This document shows positions 18,222-22,151 of a DNA stretch of 22,151 nucleotides, in pieces. This stretch comes from Calditrichia bacterium. GTDB taxonomy: Bacteria > Calditrichota > Calditrichia > RBG-13-44-9. A program made the position numbers and the translations under genes. The notes under the pieces are model-generated. The model was not told where the DNA came from. It saw nothing but the letters and a program-made list of their open reading frames with translations, and did not search any database. Each line of letters starts with the position of its first letter. The stretch's first letter is position 1. Location: NCBI GenBank assembly GCA_037381445.1, contig JARRQT010000029.1, positions 1 to 22,151 of the forward strand. Direction: 5' to 3'.

Positions 18222-20889
18222 TTACCGCTTCTCACTCTTATCATCCCGCAGAAGCTGCACGCCGAGGGTCAGTCCGCCGCCAAAGAGAAATCCTTCCAGG
18301 GCACCCAGGATCAGGCGCGATATTCTGCCAAAATGAGCTTCCCCGAAGAGCTGTGCCAGCGGCTGCAGATTGACCTGTGAATTGGAAAACGAATGGGCAA
18401 TCGTCTCGATGCTGGCGCTGAAAAGATTTCCCTGAATCAGCGTGAGAAAAATGGCCATCACCATGGCGCCCAATGCCGCATAAAAGATCTTTGTCCAGTC
18501 GATTCGGCGCCTGGGGAACCCGCCCGCCAGGTAACCCAGGGAAAGCCCCAGACCAATCAGGGCACCTTCGTAGGCGCCGGCTATTCCACCCAAATTCTGT
18601 CCGAACAGAGCCCGCAAGGTATCAACCCCGATGGCATGCAGACTGCCCCCGACAAAACCGCCGCCGGCAACAGCCCCCAGAATCGCCCAGTAAGGACTGT
18701 GCCGGTAGCTGACAAACTGCATGGTTGCCATTCCCAGACTGATACCCAATCCCGCCATTAACCCTGCCAGGGCTCCCAGGCTGGACAATACCAGCACCAG
18801 GGTAACCGGTGAGCAGACCCGCGGCTCCCGCCCCCGCAGCACCGCCAATGGTTTCCTTCAGAATATCCATCTTGTTGCGGCGCAGGCGCACCCACATCAG
18901 ACCGGATAATACCAGCAGGACAATATGCGGCGGCAGGCGCCTCAACCAGATCAACATTTTATTATGGTCCCGGATGAAAGCAATACTGATGGCTTTCCGG
19001 ATGATTCCGGGGCTGGGCTGGCTGTTTTTGTCCAGAAGCCAGCGCTTTGACTCCTTCCCGAATCTTTCGGCGAGCGCGATACTGGCCGCTTTGCGGACAT
19101 TCAGATCGGGGTCCCACAAGGCCATCTCTTTCAGGATTGACAGCAAATCATCATTTAATCCATATTCGGCAGACTCTATGGCACAGATTCGTATTGGAGG
19201 CTTTTCATTCCGCATCGCTTCCTGAATCAGGCCAGTCACCGAGGGAAATTTTCTGATCAGCCACTCCGGGATCAGCCTGGCCCGGTTCAGCATGCTCCTG
19301 GCCAGCAGCCCGGCCTCATTTTCGTTCAGCGGCAGTTTACTACCCAGCGGGCTAATGACGTCAATCGTGTCGTCATCCATCAGCAGCCCATGCAGCTCGT
19401 AATTCTCAACCGCGCGTTCGATGAGAGAGTGAGCCTGCTTCAGCGCAAGAAGTTCAGCCGACTGCCAGCGGGAGATCTCCGGAATTAAAAAATCGTGGGT
19501 CAATTCCACCCAGATTTCTCCGTCCTGCCGCCGGAACCGCACAATGCGGGCGTCAGAAAGTTCCGATACCAGAGAATGTATCTTTGCCTCATCCCCGGAC
19601 TGATAGGTTACCCGCTCCTGCAGTCTGGAGAGGGGCAAAATTAACCGCTGATTTTTTGCGGAAATGAGCGCGCCGAGAATCGCTCTCACCATTTCAATTT
19701 CCTCACTGTTGAAACGTCGGACTACCCGCTCCAGATAGCGACTCAATATTTGCGAAGCGCCGCCCAGCCGTCGATAACCGGCTAAGGGAATCCGGCCTTC
19801 TACCTCTTTCAAATCGTAAAGGGCATCGCAGACGATCTGAAGCTGGGGCGGATCAACAAATTCATCGTCGGACAGATCGTCGAGGATCATCTGCACCAAC
19901 GGCGGTTCCAGATCACAATTCACCTTTCTGGCGGGTTCGGTGATGGCCCTCTCCGCCTGCTCCCTGTTCAGCCGCTGCAACCGGTATTCATGGTGGAATA
20001 TCTCGGGCAGGATGTGTTTAAACTGGTTCATCTCCGCCAGATAATCCTCGCGGACAGCGAACACCAGTCTCAACTGGATTCGATTTTGCCGGAATACCTC
20101 CCCGATGTTGCGGAAAAAATTGTCCCGCGCTTCGGGATGGGTCAGGGTGAAGAACTCTTCGAACTGGTCCAGAATAAAAATAACGTTCTGTTCCGGCGAG
20201 GCAATTCGCTGCTGCAGCAGTTGGTATAAGTCGAGATTTTCGCCGGATGAAGTGTCCCCTGACAGCACCCGCACCATTTCTTCAAACGGATCATAAAAAC
20301 TGCGGACGGAAAATGCCAGATGGCCCATTCTTTTTAAAGATGGAATCAGACCGGCATGGACCAGGGAGCTCTTCCCGACCCCCGACCGCCCGTAAAGAAT
20401 AAAACTGCGGTGCGAGAGAATTTTGGAGCAGATAATCCTGACTTCGCTTTCCCTTCCGTAGAATAAATCCGTATCTTCTTCGGTGTAATAATCCAGAAAC
20501 TTGTAGGGGCGTTTGACGACCGTTTGTATTCCCTGCGCTTGCGGAACCGCCGGCTCCTTTTCCGAAACTGAAATCGGCGTTTTCAGAAACATGAATCCCT
20601 TTTTGGGGAACGTCTTGATATACCTGGGATTTTTTGCATCATCTCCCAGCGCTTTGCGGATATCCTTTATGCACTGGCTCAGGGCGGAATCGGTGACAAT
20701 TAAGCCCTGCCATATTTCCCGGAAAAGCTGATCCCGACTGATTAACTGCTGCGGCCGGCCCGCCAGGAACGCCAGCACATCAAAATATTTGGCATTGAGC
20801 GTAACAGCCTCGCCATTCCGGTTCAACTGCCGGTTTCTAAGGTCGATGATAATATCGTCAAATTTATATGAAGTAATCGGACTGCTCAT
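18222..20889 (-). pseudogene. CadC/ToxR-type winged-helix regulator fused to an nSTAND1-like NTPase, helical (HEAT-like) repeats and a multi-TM C-terminus; frameshifted near 18807
   Basis: wHTH ...IWQGLIVTDSALSQCIKDIRKALGDDAKNPRYIKTFPKKGFMF; PYKFLDYY...LFYGRESE; Walker A GRSGVGKSS; Walker B FILDQFEEFF; AVREDYL; PPQLQIVC; HEAT-like DPDLNVRKAASIALA. Frame 1 loses TM character after GAAGLLTG, and frame 2 (18222-18806) continues as a Gly-rich multi-TM domain. Confidence 0.85.
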
Positions 20890-20894
20890 TTCAT

Positions 20895-20925
20895 ATTTCT
20901 CATGAATTTCTCACAAAAATCTCAT
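20895..20925 (+). promoter_or_regulatory. Three tandem direct repeats with 11-bp period (candidate wHTH binding site)
   Basis: ATTTCTCAT-ga-ATTTCTCAC-aa-AAATCTCAT; the TCTCA cores start at 20898, 20909 and 20920. A -10-like TATGCT at 20947-20952 faces uppS. Confidence 0.7.
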
Positions 20926-21282
20926 TTTTCCATCCACAAAATAATGTATGCTTAATTTGTAATTGGATGTTTTGTCAAAGAGCTCACCAGGAGCGCGCCA
21001 TCAACAGGGAATTTATCTGAATGAAAAATTTTATATATCAACGGATTGATTTCATTTCCTCTGTCTTTTTGCCAGTCCTCATAAATACCCGGGCAAGACC
21101 TTTTAATTCACCAGTTCATTCCAATATAATGAATTTATTACCATTCAGGTTATTGAAGATCAATTTTTTTGGATTTCAGGAAATAACGGTTCCGGCAGCC
21201 TCGGTTTTTCCGCTTGCAGCCGCATTCCGGATTTGAAACAACGATAAAAAAATCAGGATTTTCCCGATTAAAAGGAGAAGGT

Positions 21283-22014
21283 ATGAAGCAGTCTTTTCAG
21301 GAATATGATCATGGCAATCTGCATGTCGCAATTATAATGGACGGCAACGGCCGCTGGGCCAGCCTGAAGGGCAAACCACGTTTCCGGGGACATCGGGCGG
21401 GAGCGGAGCGGGCGCGGGAGATTATTGAATCGGCGCCGGAAAATAACATCTCCGTGCTTACCCTGTATGCCTTCTCCTCCGATAACTGGCAGCGTCCGCG
21501 AAATGAAGTGGATTTCCTGATGAATCTCTTTCGTTCCTATCTGGAATCGGAAGTAAAACGCTGTCTGGATAATGATGTCCGTCTAAGCATCATCGGGCGG
21601 CGGGACCGTTTAAATGACAGCCTGCTGAATCTCATAGACCACGCCGAATCGGCAACCTTTGGCGGATCAAATCTGCACCTCCGGGTCGCCATTGATTACT
21701 CCGCCAGGGATGCTATTCTGCAGGCGGCACAGATGCTTGAGAACCGGATAAATCCGACCCGTGAAGAATTTTCCTCCCTCCTTGACAACGGTTTCGCCTA
21801 CGGACACGCTTCCCCCGATGTAGATCTGCTCATCCGAACGGGCGGGGAAAAACGCCTGAGCGATTTTTTACTGTGGGAATGCGCCTATGCGGAACTTTAT
21901 TTCACCAATACCATGTGGCCCGATTTCGACAAGCATTGTCTGAAAAAAGCGGTTGACGATTTTTACGCGCGGGAACGCCGTTTTGGCAGGGTGCCGGAAC
22001 CAGTGGCCATCTGA
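21283..22014 (+). CDS. uppS: cis-prenyltransferase (undecaprenyl diphosphate synthase family), probably a secondary paralog
   Basis: HVAIIMDGNGRWA, GHRAG, TLYAFSSDNWQRP, LLIRTGGEKRLSDFLLWECAYAELYF, WPDF, RERRFG. RBS AAGGAG precedes ATG 21283, which is preferred over the track's 21214. Confidence 0.93.
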   Translation: MKQSFQEYDHGNLHVAIIMDGNGRWASLKGKPRFRGHRAGAERAREIIESAPENNISVLTLYAFSSDNWQRPRNEVDFLMNLFRSYLESEVKRCLDNDVRLSIIGRRDRLNDSLLNLIDHAESATFGGSNLHLRVAIDYSARDAILQAAQMLENRINPTREEFSSLLDNGFAYGHASPDVDLLIRTGGEKRLSDFLLWECAYAELYFTNTMWPDFDKHCLKKAVDDFYARERRFGRVPEPVAI

Positions 22015-22035
22015 TTCAACATCATTTCAAAAATG

Positions 22036-22076
22036 GAATCCGCCTGCCGGTTCGGGAAAAAGATAGCAGGCGATTC
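22036..22076 (+). terminator. Hairpin after uppS, possible terminator
   Basis: GAAT-C-CGCCTGC ... GCAGGCG-ATTC stem with an 18-nt loop, followed by a pyrimidine-rich stretch. Confidence 0.3.
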
Positions 22077-22151
22077 TGTCATTCCCTGCTTTTCCTTTTA
22101 CCTCCCTTTCAATTTTTCTGTCAGAGGGGAAGCAGAAAATACATTCCTTCT

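Noticed and set aside
18222..18848. 208-aa membrane protein as an independent gene
   Set aside because: Its start lies inside the upstream ORF without an RBS and its first 14 aa look out of character. It is better explained as the frameshifted C-terminus of the regulator.
18622..20889. STAND protein as an anti-phage (Avs-like) defence system
   Set aside because: It has no nuclease, TIR or SIR2 effector and no defence-island context. The N-terminal DNA-binding wHTH and adjacent repeats point to transcription regulation.
21021..21236. 71-aa ORF between the regulator and uppS
   Set aside because: AT-rich, weak RBS and no motif, so I cannot support it as coding. A small or degraded gene here is not excluded.
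1..22151. tRNA, rRNA, CRISPR array, IS element or prophage
   Set aside because: I saw no cloverleaf, repeat-spacer array, transposase, integrase or phage gene by eye. An Rfam/Infernal scan of the intergenic gaps would be needed to exclude small RNAs.

Overview
Bacterial chromosomal window. The gene styles resemble the FCB group, possibly Calditrichota/KSB1-like; this is inference only. In order it holds: the 5' end of a KaiC/RecA-type ATPase (missing from the ORF track); a MATE transporter with an apparent internal in-frame deletion; rapA; a TonB-dependent receptor-type gene downstream of an OmpR-family two-component pair; a 2-Cys peroxiredoxin; a multi-PAS hybrid histidine kinase with a stop in its first PAS domain; a Cys-rich 4Fe-4S protein; a secreted or outer-membrane hypothetical protein; a DRG-type TGS GTPase; and a frameshifted CadC-type wHTH-STAND NTPase-helical repeat-multi-TM regulator divergent from a uppS-family cis-prenyltransferase. 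The strongest leads are: (1) the membrane-anchored STAND regulator/uppS module, with three 11-bp-period repeats between the genes; (2) an identically spaced AGAATT-N5-AGAWTY-N6-TATAWT element upstream of both the response regulator and the receptor; (3) an exact 19-bp direct repeat bracketing the peroxiredoxin. I saw no rRNA, tRNA, CRISPR array or transposase.
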